A DNA stretch of 64,000 bases from Octopus bimaculoides (taxonomy: Eukaryota): the NCBI RefSeq assembly GCF_001194135.2, contig NC_069000.1:12360915-12424914 (forward strand). The letters are read 5' to 3'. Position numbers and translations under genes: made by a program. The notes beneath the pieces are model-generated. The model was not told the origin of the DNA. It saw nothing but the letters and a program-made list of their open reading frames with translations, and did no database searches. Below, piece after piece: positions 1 to 11,340 of the stretch. Within the stretch, counting starts at the first letter, position 1, and each line of letters begins with the position of its first letter.

Positions 1-559
1 GCGATGAGTATCATCATTAACATTTTATTATATAATAACGACACTGTATAGCAAATTGTATTTGCTTGACAAAATAACTTATGCAAATGTATATTTAAAC
101 AATTCAGCGCGTACAGAAATGGATTTCTCTAGTGTAAATACGCAACTATTTGTACATGTATATTTATTAATATACTTTTACTCTGGATATTTATGCATTT
201 AATTCTGTATATAATTATCTATACAGTTCCTATTTGGCCAATACATCATGTCTTAGTCACTCATTTCGTTGCGGCTGCGTCCATTTTATTTCATGTGTAT
301 AGATTTCTAAATGTAACATAAGCATCAATCTTTTATAAAATATTTCAGTAATTTTTTTTACACCAATTTGTATTGTTTTTGTTTTACTTTCATATATAAT
401 TCAAAGAACAAAGATGGATTATTTGCAGATACTTTCAAAGGTCCTCTATCTCGATTAGTTACGATAATCAATGAAGTACAAGTTGTGTTTAAATTGATAC
501 AGTTAAGCAGCTTGGGGGAATTTCGAACCTGAGTTCTCATTCCTATGGTATTTTTTCGA

Positions 560-561
<2 letters not shown>

Positions 562-649
<88 letters not shown>
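562..649 (+). repeat. (TTA)n microsatellite, followed by an N-gap (667-1028) and a (TCC)n tract
   Basis: Directly visible trinucleotide run; source of the poly-L/poly-I/poly-N ORFs in the track. Confidence 0.95.
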
Positions 650-1080
650 CACTATCACTATTAATANNNNNNNNNNNNNNNNNNNNNNNNNNNNNNNNNN
701 NNNNNNNNNNNNNNNNNNNNNNNNNNNNNNNNNNNNNNNNNNNNNNNNNNNNNNNNNNNNNNNNNNNNNNNNNNNNNNNNNNNNNNNNNNNNNNNNNNNN
801 NNNNNNNNNNNNNNNNNNNNNNNNNNNNNNNNNNNNNNNNNNNNNNNNNNNNNNNNNNNNNNNNNNNNNNNNNNNNNNNNNNNNNNNNNNNNNNNNNNNN
901 NNNNNNNNNNNNNNNNNNNNNNNNNNNNNNNNNNNNNNNNNNNNNNNNNNNNNNNNNNNNNNNNNNNNNNNNNNNNNNNNNNNNNNNNNNNNNNNNNNNN
1001 NNNNNNNNNNNNNNNNNNNNNNNNNNNNGTCCTCTTCCTCCTCCTCCTCCTCTCCCTCCTCCTCTTCCTCACCATCATCA

Positions 1081-1159
1081 TCAAGAGGAGGACAAATATC
1101 CGTCAAATGTAAATAATGTAAATAATGTACATAATTCCTCATCTCTTAAATATAGAACT
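1081..1159 (+). mobile_element. 3' terminal fragment of a dispersed repeat, probably a non-LTR retrotransposon tail
   Basis: 1116-1159 matches 28488-28531 at 43/44 nt (ATGTAAATAATGTACATAATTCCTCATCTCTTAAATATAGAACT). The retrotransposon assignment is inference. Confidence 0.55.
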
Positions 1160-2814
1160 ATTGCTGTGTAGTTTTTTTTTATTTTTTAAAGTCTTAATTC
1201 AGTAGGATGTTTAGCTTTCTGAAACTTCTTACCAAAATGCAGTTCACCATACAACCAAACACTGGACTACACTTCATATTATTCTTGTCTCGCAACGAGT
1301 TAAAAATGCAAACTAAAAACCAGAAAAGAAAGAGCTTAGATATATCTTCTTTCTTCTATCAGATGCACGATTATAAAAGCCAAAAATAAAATAAACGTTA
1401 ATATCCATAAATTTGAAAAGGAATAAACAGTTTCTTGTTTATATGTAAACCTAATATATATTCTATTATCTGACTGAAGATAATGTATTTATCTTCAGTC
1501 TTATTCACTACATCTGCGTAAATGCAATAACTGTTTTTCTTTATCGGTTTTGTCGTTCACACAATAAAGAAATGATATTTTATGATACTTGAGTAAATTC
1601 CACGATCGGAAATGTCTATCTACAGAAATTATCAAGGCTTTTGTGTCGATGTGCCTCAGCATAAATTCATTCAAGGAATAAACTATAGCAATGTATTTAC
1701 CGAAATCTTTTGGCAAAGTAAATAAAACCTTAATGTAGGAATATTACATTCTATAATGGAATCTAATACGAACAGAATTAAATAGAATTTTCTCTTTATT
1801 GCTTTTCTCTGGCACACATTGCGTAGGAAACATTTTTCTTACTGATGCAACAATTTTCTAAGAGAGAAGGACATGTACAATGCCTAAGATACCTTTTTCA
1901 TGCTTACGGATTTTGTTGTCGTTGGTGTCAGCTGAGATTTAAGGCGGTTCATATTTTAAATCCATCTGTTTTAGCAGTAGTTTGGCAGCTTCCCGCTCTA
2001 TGCTGTAAATCCAAAATGGCGTTCTCTGGAAGTAAACGCTTCTTTTCTTTTTTCCCCCTTCTTTACAAATCAGCGACAATATTAATCGATTTCCTGCCTA
2101 TTTGTATTTTATTTTTGTATTTTGCTTGAAATTAGTTACCAATTTCGTTTAATCGTTTTCCACAGCTTAGTAAGCTAATACAGTTTCTGTGTGAATTGAA
2201 ATATATTTCCAGAAAGATTATTCTGTTAAACCCCACTTATGGAATGTGCCAGTAATCAATAGAAATAAGTGAAAAAAATATAGAAGTAATAATAAAAATG
2301 AATAAAATACAAAAAAATAAGGCATACATGTTTAGAATTGCATTTATCAAATTTCAAAAACCGTTTTTGATAACTTTTTATTATTAAACACTTTTATTTT
2401 TGTTTATTAGATATCATCTTGCCGAAGCAATTTAGAAATCAACATTAATTGCCCTCGGTTAGAATTATCACATCTAATCAAATATAGTCACCTATTTTGT
2501 ATTTTATCTTGGTTTTAGTAACTTTATCTTCGGCTTTCAATTGAAATTAAATGATATGAAAAGGATGAAGTAAAAATATTATGAACTGAAATGGAATGAA
2601 AGATAATCTGAGTTTTAGATATTTGCATTCAGTTAACTTTTTTCTCTCTCTCTTCTTTCTTCTCTTTCTTTTTTCAACGTTTCTCTATATATCCATCGAT
2701 CGATCGAGCTATCTATCAATTTACAATTAATATGTCCATCTATCCCACAAATCGAAGTGGTTGCTGGGTACCACATATAGAGACATATATTTATACAATT
2801 ATCAGAATTGTGAG

Positions 2815-2847
<33 letters not shown>

Positions 2848-2853
2848 TATATA

Positions 2854-3070
2854 CGAGTGGATGCTGGAAAATTTCTGGATTTAAGAGTGTCACGAAAGGC
2901 CTGGCTGGAGTTCCAGCATTCCAAGTTCTTTCAAAGGGCTTAGAAAAACTGAAAGACCACTGCAATAAGTATGTGAATCTGAAGGGAGAATATGTTGGAT
3001 AAATTCATAATTAACTGATCTTCCTGTAACTTCTTTTACCCAAAACCAGGAACGTTTCAACACCACTCCG
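2854..3070 (+). mobile_element. Internally deleted mariner (Tc1/mariner) element with both degenerate TIRs and a transposase C-terminus
   Basis: TA at 2852-53 and 3071-72. Left end CGAGTGGATGCTGGAAAATTTCTGG; right end reverse-complemented CGGAGTGGTGTTGAAACGTTCCTGG. Frameshifted peptide VSRKAWLEFQHSKFF / KGLEKLKDHCNKYVNLKGEYVG* resembles the mariner C-terminus (FF..GI.KL..RW.KC....G.Y.E). Sibling copy at 46664-46770. Confidence 0.8.
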
Positions 3071-3150
3071 TATATAGATCAACCGATCGATCGCTAGCTA
3101 GAAAGAAATGTATATACATACATGCATACATACATACATACATAAATACA

Positions 3151-3189
<39 letters not shown>

Positions 3190-3653
3190 ATATAACGGTG
3201 AATGCATGCATGAATGTTTATAGTTGTAGGCCAGCGTTTTGTGCCAAGTTCTCTGAAATTTTACACAAGGTCATGTCTTTTCACGAAGAAGATCACACTC
3301 TGTAACACTTATGATACAATCTATTAGCTCAGCACTGTCGAGCAACGCTTGCAGTGCACAGTCACACAGGCACAGATGCACACACATATAAACATAGGCT
3401 GAATATCATAGACACACACACACGCACACACGCACACACGCAAACACACATGTGCGTGTGTGTGTGTGTATATGTATATATGCTCATATATATGTGTGTG
3501 TATGTGTGTGTTTGTGTATGTGAGCGTGTGTGTGTGTGTGTGGATGTATGCATCTGTGCGTGCGTGTGTGTACGTACATGTGTGTGATCTTTTAATCGAA
3601 GTTACACGATTTGAGGAACTCCAAAATTCCTATCTATTTATTTATTCATTTAT

Positions 3654-3837
3654 CATCATCATTATCGTCGTCGTCATCATCATCATTATCATCATCTTCC
3701 TCCTCCTCTTCTTTCTCCTCTTCCTCCTCATTATCATCATCATCATCATTGAGTGAGAGAGCAATGGATGCCATTAAAGTAACACTTTAATATACGAAAC
3801 CCAGTATACCCATCATGACTACCCGTCTGAAAAGGAT

Positions 3838-3893
<56 letters not shown>
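3654..3893 (+). repeat. (CAT/CCT)n and (ATT)n microsatellites flanking a short non-repetitive insert
   Basis: Visible tandem runs at about 3654-3748 and 3839-3893. Confidence 0.9.
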
Positions 3894-3894
<1 letters not shown>

Positions 3895-3909
3895 TGCTTT
3901 TCTTTTAAG

Positions 3910-3964
3910 TGGGATCAGCTCCCACAAATGGAGAATTTCCTGAAATCGCGTGCAGCATTCGGAG
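3910..3964 (+). other. Candidate 55-nt internal exon (unverified)
   Basis: Acceptor TTTGCTTTTCTTTTAAG and donor GAG|GTAAGG. Two open frames: WDQLPQMENFLKSRAAFG or GSAPTNGEFPEIACSIR. No recognised homology. Confidence 0.3.
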
Positions 3965-4236
3965 GTAAGGATGTACTATAAACGGTCGAACTTAACAGAA
4001 AAGCGTAAACGCGTGTAAAGTGACGTATTGCATTGCTTACCACTACACTTTGCAAACTGAGATGAAATTGGATCTGTTAGATGATTTATTTGGCGATAAG
4101 TTAAACATGCCTTTCGAAACCTGGATGTACGCCAAACTTTTATAAAACAACTTCCAAAATATATTTATAAGTTGTTTTAAGAAACGTAAATGGATAATGT
4201 GTTCCAGCCAAGCTGACACATTTTATCGATGCATGT

Positions 4237-4312
4237 CTAAAATCTAAAATCCGAAATCTGAAATCCGAAACACTAAGTCCTAAATTATTTCGAACGAAGG
4301 ATTCTCAATTAC
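4237..4312 (+). mobile_element. Degenerate terminal segment of a Tigger/pogo-type DNA transposon
   Basis: Tandem AAATC(C/T)(G/A)A subterminal repeats followed by AAACACTAAGTCCTAAATTATTTCGAACGAAGGATTCTCAA. Resembles Tigger/MER-type 3' ends (pattern recall). Confidence 0.45.
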
Positions 4313-4322
4313 ATATACCTAT

Positions 4323-4435
4323 CTACCTGCCTGCCTGCCTGCCTGCCTACCTGCCTGCCTACCTACCTACCTACCTACCTACTTACCTACCTATCTATAT
4401 ACCTACCTGTTTACCTACCTACCTACCTACATACA
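4323..4435 (+). repeat. (CCTG)n/(CCTA)n compound tetranucleotide microsatellite
   Basis: Directly visible. Confidence 0.9.
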
Positions 4436-4540
4436 TACAAACAGGCATATGTAAACCTATATAAGTATATAAATATGTATTATATATATGATAAACATAA
4501 TATAATATAATATGATATATATATTTATATATATGGATGT

Positions 4541-4640
<100 letters not shown>

Positions 4641-4680
4641 CAGAACTGCATATATTCTGATATATGTATATATTCTTTTA

Positions 4681-4750
4681 TTCTTTTATGTGTTTCAGCC
4701 AGGTGGCTGGGGTCATGCTGGAGCACCACCATGATGCTGGAGCACAGCAC
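4681..4750 (-). mobile_element. SINE family B, degraded 3' end
   Basis: TGTTTCAGCC...GGTCATGCTGGAGCACC matches the B tail seen at 32758-32820 and 49965-50010. Confidence 0.55.
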
Positions 4751-5426
4751 ATATCAAAATAGAGCAGGTTAAATCCAGGCTACATATGTTTCCTAGCCTC
4801 GGAAGTAGTAATTACTCAACGAGAGGTACTTCACTAACTAATCATCAGGCTGAAGATCCCTAAGTTAAACGAAGGTTAGATTGTCGTTCAGCTTATCGAA
4901 TCTCGATATGCGAAACATTTACAGCCCAAGCCAATAAACTACTACCATTCCTGAAAGTTATTTCTTTATAATTTCTACAGACTACTCTAAGCTTACTGAC
5001 CTCGTATACCTAGAATATTTTTTGTGTCAAATCTTCCATATAACTTACATCTATAACTAATCGCCGTATCTATGCACATCATGTTTAAATATTTTGGGGA
5101 GAATTATACCCTTCTCCCGTTGTATAAAATGTATAGTTATTATTCCCTAAACACCCAGCTGTTGATATTTTCCATGGTATTTTACTCTACTATGGATTTA
5201 TTGATAACGCAGGCTCCAACATTCAAATACTGCATCAGAATATCTCTTTCGCATTCTCTGAAGAGGTTTCATAATAATCGAAAGGAAATTACATTCTGTA
5301 AAGATATTGTGTACAGATATGCAAACGTAAATGCGTACATAGATGCTTATATGCAAGCATGTATGTATACATATACGTATAGATAAAAACATATATACAT
5401 GTACGAATATATAAACATATATATAG

Positions 5427-5461
<35 letters not shown>

Positions 5462-5684
5462 CACAAATATATCTTATAAATTAAGTTTCCCCTGACTAAG
5501 ATATCCTCTTTTCATTACATTGTATGTATAGTAGTTTTTTTTCTAATCCGCTTTGTTGTTAATACACACACACACGTATTTACATTGGCAAAACATCCAC
5601 ACAAATATACACACATGCATGTATATGTATGTGTGTATGTATATGTATATGTATGTATATTATATATTGTGAGACACACACACC

Positions 5685-5747
<63 letters not shown>

Positions 5748-6699
5748 NNNNNNNNNNNNNNNNNNNNNNNNNNNNNNNNNNNNNNNNNNNNNNNNNNNNN
5801 NNNNNNNNNNNNNNNNNNNNNNNNNNNNNNNNNNNNNNNNNNNNNNNNNNNNNNNNNNNNNNNNNNNNNNNNNNNNNNNNNNNNNNNNNNNNNNNNNNNN
5901 NNNNNNNNNNNNNNNNNNNNNNNNNNNNNNNNNNNNNNNNNNNNNNNNNNNNNNNNNNNNNNNNNNNNNNNNNNNNNNNNNNNNNNNNNNNNNNNNNNNN
6001 NNNNNNNNNNNNNNNNNNNNNNNNNNNNNNNNNNNNNNNNNNNNNNNNNNNNNNNNNNNNNNNNNNNNNNNNNNNNNNNNNNNNNNNNNNNNATATATAT
6101 ATATATATAAACACACACTTATTCTTACGTAAATGCATACGTACATATATACATGATGATGATGGCTACCCCCTCGTTAATAGTGCTGTGATCGAACGTG
6201 ACTTTTTACATACATACATACATACATATATACATACACAGGCTCTCGGATGTTTAAGAAATACACGTTGTGCAAGCTGTTCCGTGAAATAAGGATTTAA
6301 TATAGCGAACTGATAATGGCGATACAATAACTGTAAGCGGAAGAAAATCACAAATCATTTCAGATAGTAAATTTGGCACAAGAGATACAATGGGTAACGT
6401 GAGAGAAAATGTCCTCTGACTAAATCTCAGCTTGTATCACATGTGTTACATTACCTTCTTTGGTTTAGTTTGATGCATAGAATTGTATATGATACGTAAC
6501 CCTCGATAGCGAGTTTGGTGAAATGGGAGAAATTAGGTAATCTTACGTACCTGTTATGCGAGTGTAAGCAAACAAGGGAACGTGTTCTGATATGTATGTA
6601 TGTGTATGCGCATGTGTGTGCAGGGAGAGAGAGACAAAGATAGAGACGGAGAGAGAGATGGAAAGCGAGAAGGATAGGCAGAGGGAGAGAGAGAAGCAC

Positions 6700-7030
6700 A
6701 TATTTCAGCTTCTAAATTTCCCTCACAAGACATTTATCGACTCGAATCAAAAGAGCTACGCAGTGGGATGGAAACCGGAACCATGAGGTTAAAAAGAAAG
6801 GACGTTTTAACCATATGACTATGTCTTTGTATTTAGTTTTGAAAATTTTTGCTTTTATAATACCATTTCCCGCTCCAGATTTACTGACAGCCACAAATGG
6901 CAGCAGATCTTCAGACTGCCGGGCTACCGCCTGAAAGGTCGACCATTTTAGTCACCACCACTCCCACCTTGTAATAAACGCAGTTTATTACCAAGACCTT
7001 AATCGCTTATTCGCCCAGTTCACCTAACTC
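6700..7030 (-). mobile_element. Possible decayed 5' region of an RTE-type LINE (UTR plus start of endonuclease)
   Basis: Minus-strand peptide KDIVIWLKRPF...LVREI*KLKYV weakly echoes the RTE APE N-terminus (I.TWNVR.L...LV.REL.R..ID). GC-richer upstream segment with a 9-bp hairpin at 6971-6991. Confidence 0.3.
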
Positions 7031-8135
7031 CAACTAGGTATCATAAGATGGGAAGCTTACCACTATAACTATCGTTAAGTTTATATAATTGCTTTGTTAT
7101 GACAAAGCGAAAAGCCCCTATATTATTAGAGGAAAACGAAATTTGGTGTGACATCTTTGACCTTCCCATCTGATTTTGGCAGCATAAGTGAATGCTATGG
7201 CTATCAGGCATGAATGGAAACGAGATCTCGGGTTCGATTCACCAATAAGGATATATTTTGAATCCATGTTATACTACTTGCCTAAGTATAAATAAGATAT
7301 TTCCTACAAGTTTTCATCTTGTCCGGCGTTCATTATTCTACGTTCAGAGCATCAGAGTTAATTTGAGCTAACCTCAGTGGATAATTCTAGCAGATAGAAT
7401 TATCCCGTAGAGGTTGCTCTTTTTAGCTAATAGACATTCTTTAAGCATTTTCGTACTGCTCAGAGTCCACAATTTCCTATAGACGTGGACAAATTAAACA
7501 CAAATGGAATTCAATACTTCAATGATGTTCTTCTCTGAAACCACTATACTTCTTCAATTATACTATCCATGTTCGATTCTGTTGTTAGTTTTGCACAGAT
7601 TATGGGATGTTTCTGCTAAATATATAAAGCTTTAATACTAACAACTATTATGAACTTCGATATATATTGTCAATAGCGCATAATGGTAACTGAGTCAATT
7701 AAAAAAAAAATTTCTGTTGACAATCAGTTAAAGTTATTAAGATACTTATAAAAATAGTCTAAAAAAAAAAAATCAGCCAAAATAGTTTTCAATCCAAAAT
7801 ATCTTTTATTTCCCAAATAATTATATGTACAGCAGAATAAAAAAAATAAATAAATAAAGGATGAAATCCGTGTGAACAGGATGGATATGATAAACTGGAC
7901 TTTGGGTCATTTTTGACTGACACCGGTTTAACAATTTGGCTTGTCAGCTTTAATACCGACATGACGATAAAATTGGAGCTTCGGTTCTTAGTTGTTGTAA
8001 CGCAGAAAGATAAACATGCACGCTCACACGCATATANNNNNNNNNNNNNNNNNNNNNNNNNNNNNNNNNNNNNNNNNNNNNNNNNNNNNNNNNNNNNNNN
8101 NNNNNNNNNNNNNNNNNNNNNNNNNNNNNNNNNNN

Positions 8136-8171
<36 letters not shown>

Positions 8172-8863
8172 GTGTATCTATACAAACACATAGACACATA
8201 CATAGATATATTTACTTACACGTATACTCACATATATACATGTACACACATACAAGCAGTTACATGTCTAGCTATATATTTAAAATTAAAATGCTTACAG
8301 ACACATACATAGACACATATATACACATAAACACACGCATGCATACATATATACATACATACATACATACATACACACACGTATGCATACATATATACAT
8401 ACATACATATATACAAATTCCTCTAGTAAAAATACACATTTAAGGTTATAATATACATACGAACGCATACACACTCACACACACAGACCCCCCCCACACA
8501 CTTCCCCCTATTCATATACACGCGCACACATATTCACATGCGCACACATATTTCACACGCGCACATATATTCACACATGTTGAAAAAATGGTTGTATTTA
8601 CACAAAGTAGGTGAAAGTGTACAAAAAACATTAAGAGATTTAATGTAATCTTTTAAGAAAAATGAGACAAAAACAGGTGTAATATTTCAATTAACTGTAT
8701 TAGATCTTCTAGATTACATAAGTAAGATAATGCAAGTTAGAAAGATTTAATACATTTAAATGTAATGTAACACCTGCTTTTATCTCTAATTTTTCATGCA
8801 AGCTTCCCGTAATTCTTTTANNNNNNNNNNTATATATATTTATATTGTACAGACCCCAGAGCT

Positions 8864-9135
8864 CAACTGCGGTTCATTGTATCGACACCGAAATGCAGAA
8901 AGGCAAAATTGTCCTCAACGTGATTTTGTCCCAAGGCTAGCAATTTTAGGGGAGGGTGTAAGTTGATCCCATAGACCTCCCACCGCCCAACTGGAACGTT
9001 ATTGTATCGACACCGAAATAAGAAAATGCAAAGTTGACCTCGACGGGTTTTGTACTCACAATGGTAAAAGCCAGAATAAGTATCGCAAGGCATTTTGCAG
9101 GATTTTCTTGCAATGTTGCCAAACGACCGCCCTTG
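8864..9135 (-). mobile_element. SINE family A, degenerate, with an internal partial tandem duplication
   Basis: ATTGTATCGACACCGAAAT...GCAAA occurs at about 8876 and 9001. The sequence is the reverse complement of the A central part (TTTGCCTTTCATCCTTTCGGGGTCGATAA). Confidence 0.6.
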
Positions 9136-11164
9136 GTAAACTACTTGTTGTGATGGATCTTCGTCGTTCGACGATGGGGATTCAGTTGAACGATCAACTG
9201 GATTTGATCGGAGCTAATTTCGAGAAAAACATCAACAAAACTATGACCTAACGATATACATATAAAGCAATATGTATATTCGTGTATGCTTAATACAATA
9301 AAAATATATATAAGCTCCTGTAATTATAAATATGGAGGTGTACACATGATGTATCCACGTGTGTATGTGAAGAGCAATGAGTTTCGAATAGTATGCCACG
9401 GATTAAAAACATATATTATTCAAGGTTTTGAAAAATCCATATTAATGTGCAAAAGATGTGCTGTTCTCTGTTGTGTTGAGTGTAAATATGATTAATAAAA
9501 TAGGGTAAACAAACCATTCTATACATTATTTTTATCTAAATTTTCAATTTTAAAGGCCTTTTTGTTTTTATTTTTTTAAAAACTTTCTGGTATGAAATAT
9601 GCTCTGGTAATTTTTTTTTTATCATTTAAATTCGAGTGCATAACTAAGTTGAAAAAGATTGAGNNNNNNNNNNNNNNNNNNNNNNNNNNNNNNNNNNNNN
9701 NNNNNNNNNNNNNNNNNNNNNNNNNNNNNNNNNNNNNNNNNNNNNNNNNNNNNNNNNNNNNNNNNNNNNNNNNNNNNNNNNNNNNNNNNNNNNNNNNNNN
9801 NNNNNNNNNNNNNNNNNNNNNNNNNNNNNNNNNNNNNNNNNNNNNNNNNNNNNNNNNNNNNNNNNNNNNNNNNNNNNNNNNNNNNNNNNNNNNNNNNNNN
9901 NNNNNNNNNNNNNNNNNNNNNNNNNNNNNNNNNNNNNNNNNNNNNNNNNNNNNNNNNNNNNNNNNNNNNNNNNNNNNNNNNNNNNNNNNNNNNNNNNNNN
10001 NNNNNNNNNNNNNNNNNNNNNNNNNNNNNNNNNNNNNNNNNNNNNNNNNNNNNNNNNNNNNNNNNNNNNNNNNNNNNNNNNNNNNNNNNNNNNNNNNNNN
10101 NNNNNNNNNNNNNNNNNNNNNNNNNNNNNNNNNNNNNNNNNNNNNNNNNNNNNNNNNNNNNNNNNNNNNNNNNNNNNNNNNNNNNNNNNNNNNNNNNNNN
10201 NNNNNNNNNNNNNNNNNNNNNNNNNNNNNNNNNNNNNNNNNNNNNNNNNNNNNNNNNNNNNNNNNNNNNNNNNNNNNNNNNNNNNNNNNNNNNNNNAAAA
10301 TACTGGAACGAGGTGGGGGTTGAAAGAACTGCGGTTCTGCTTCATTGAAAGCACAGCTTGGGGGCCTGTATATTTGTTTTCCTTAATCTTTTTTGCTTCT
10401 TATCTAATAGATTCCATCACGAATTTCTACCGCTGCTGCAGTGATATTCGTCTGTCTTTCTTTCTTTGTCTGTTCTAAGTATACCTTGCAACGGTGCCTG
10501 ACATTCACAGATCCCTATTCCCAAAACAAACAAACACACAAACAAATTTATAAGTAAATAAATAAATAAATAAATAGATAGATAAATAAAAAAAAAGGGG
10601 GTGGTTCAAAGGCAGAAATGAAGAAATTTATGTGAATATTGTTGAGATACATTTGTGTAAGCCATACATCTTCGTATACACACATAAGCAAACCAACATG
10701 CTCGTACATCACAAACCAAGAGAGGCGAGATCCCTCGAACAAGGAGATTGATTATATTTTGAGAGGTAGAAGTGAACAGCAAAAACTGTGAGGTTGTGGC
10801 AATGTAGAAATCTACTGGTGGAAGCTAGAGGGAACACTTCGGAGAAAATGGAAGTTGCAAAATAGCGTTCCTCTGTGAAGTCTGTGAAGGTTTCCATTCG
10901 ATCTCCCTCTGATCTTCAAGTTTAGAGCTGGCATGAAAATACAGACTGACACAGGAGAGAGAATATGCTAGTTTCTTCGTTGATATTTGTAAACTTTGCT
11001 CAAATCTGAACTTCGTTATATTATATAAGCATATATTTCTCTTTGAGTCAGAAATCTTTCATCCTCAACACCTAACTCATCTCTGTTGTGCAGACACGTC
11101 GATAACCCCTACTGATTTCAATACAGAAAAATTCCTTAAAGTGACGAGCTGACAAATCCGAGAA

Positions 11165-11340
11165 AAATACTTAGCGGTATTTCGTCCGACCTGACGTTCC
11201 GAGTTCAAACTCCACCGGGATCGACGTTGTCTTTCATAAGTAAAAGGCTTACAACGAATAAGTCCTGTGGTCGATATGCTCGACTAAAGGCGATGCCCCA
11301 GCATGACCACAGTCAAATGACTGAAATAAGTAAAAGAGTA
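11165..11340 (+). mobile_element. Chimeric SINE: family A head joined to family B 3' tail
   Basis: 11165-11237 matches A (TTAGCGGTATTTCGTC...GAGTTCAAA...TCGAC...CTTTCAT). 11238-11340 matches the B tail (AGGCTTACAACGAATAAGTCCTG..GGTCGAT...CAGTCAAATGACTGAAATAAGTAAAAGAG). Confidence 0.8.

Noticed and set aside
1621-1710. Peptide YRNYQGFCVDV...GINY resembling the iGluR YEGFCID motif
   Set aside because: Spacing to the downstream G-x-x-Y is wrong, splice signals are weak, and there are no other iGluR-like segments.
3910-3964. Resemblance of GSAPTNGEFPEIACSIR to the trypsin N-terminus (IVGG..A..GEFPW)
   Set aside because: Register is off by one on both sides, there is no Trp, and no catalytic-triad exons were found; no product assigned.
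7190-7240. B-box-like GGTTCGATTC here and in SINE heads, as possible tRNA genes
   Set aside because: No cloverleaf or acceptor stem; these are SINE-derived or decayed heads.
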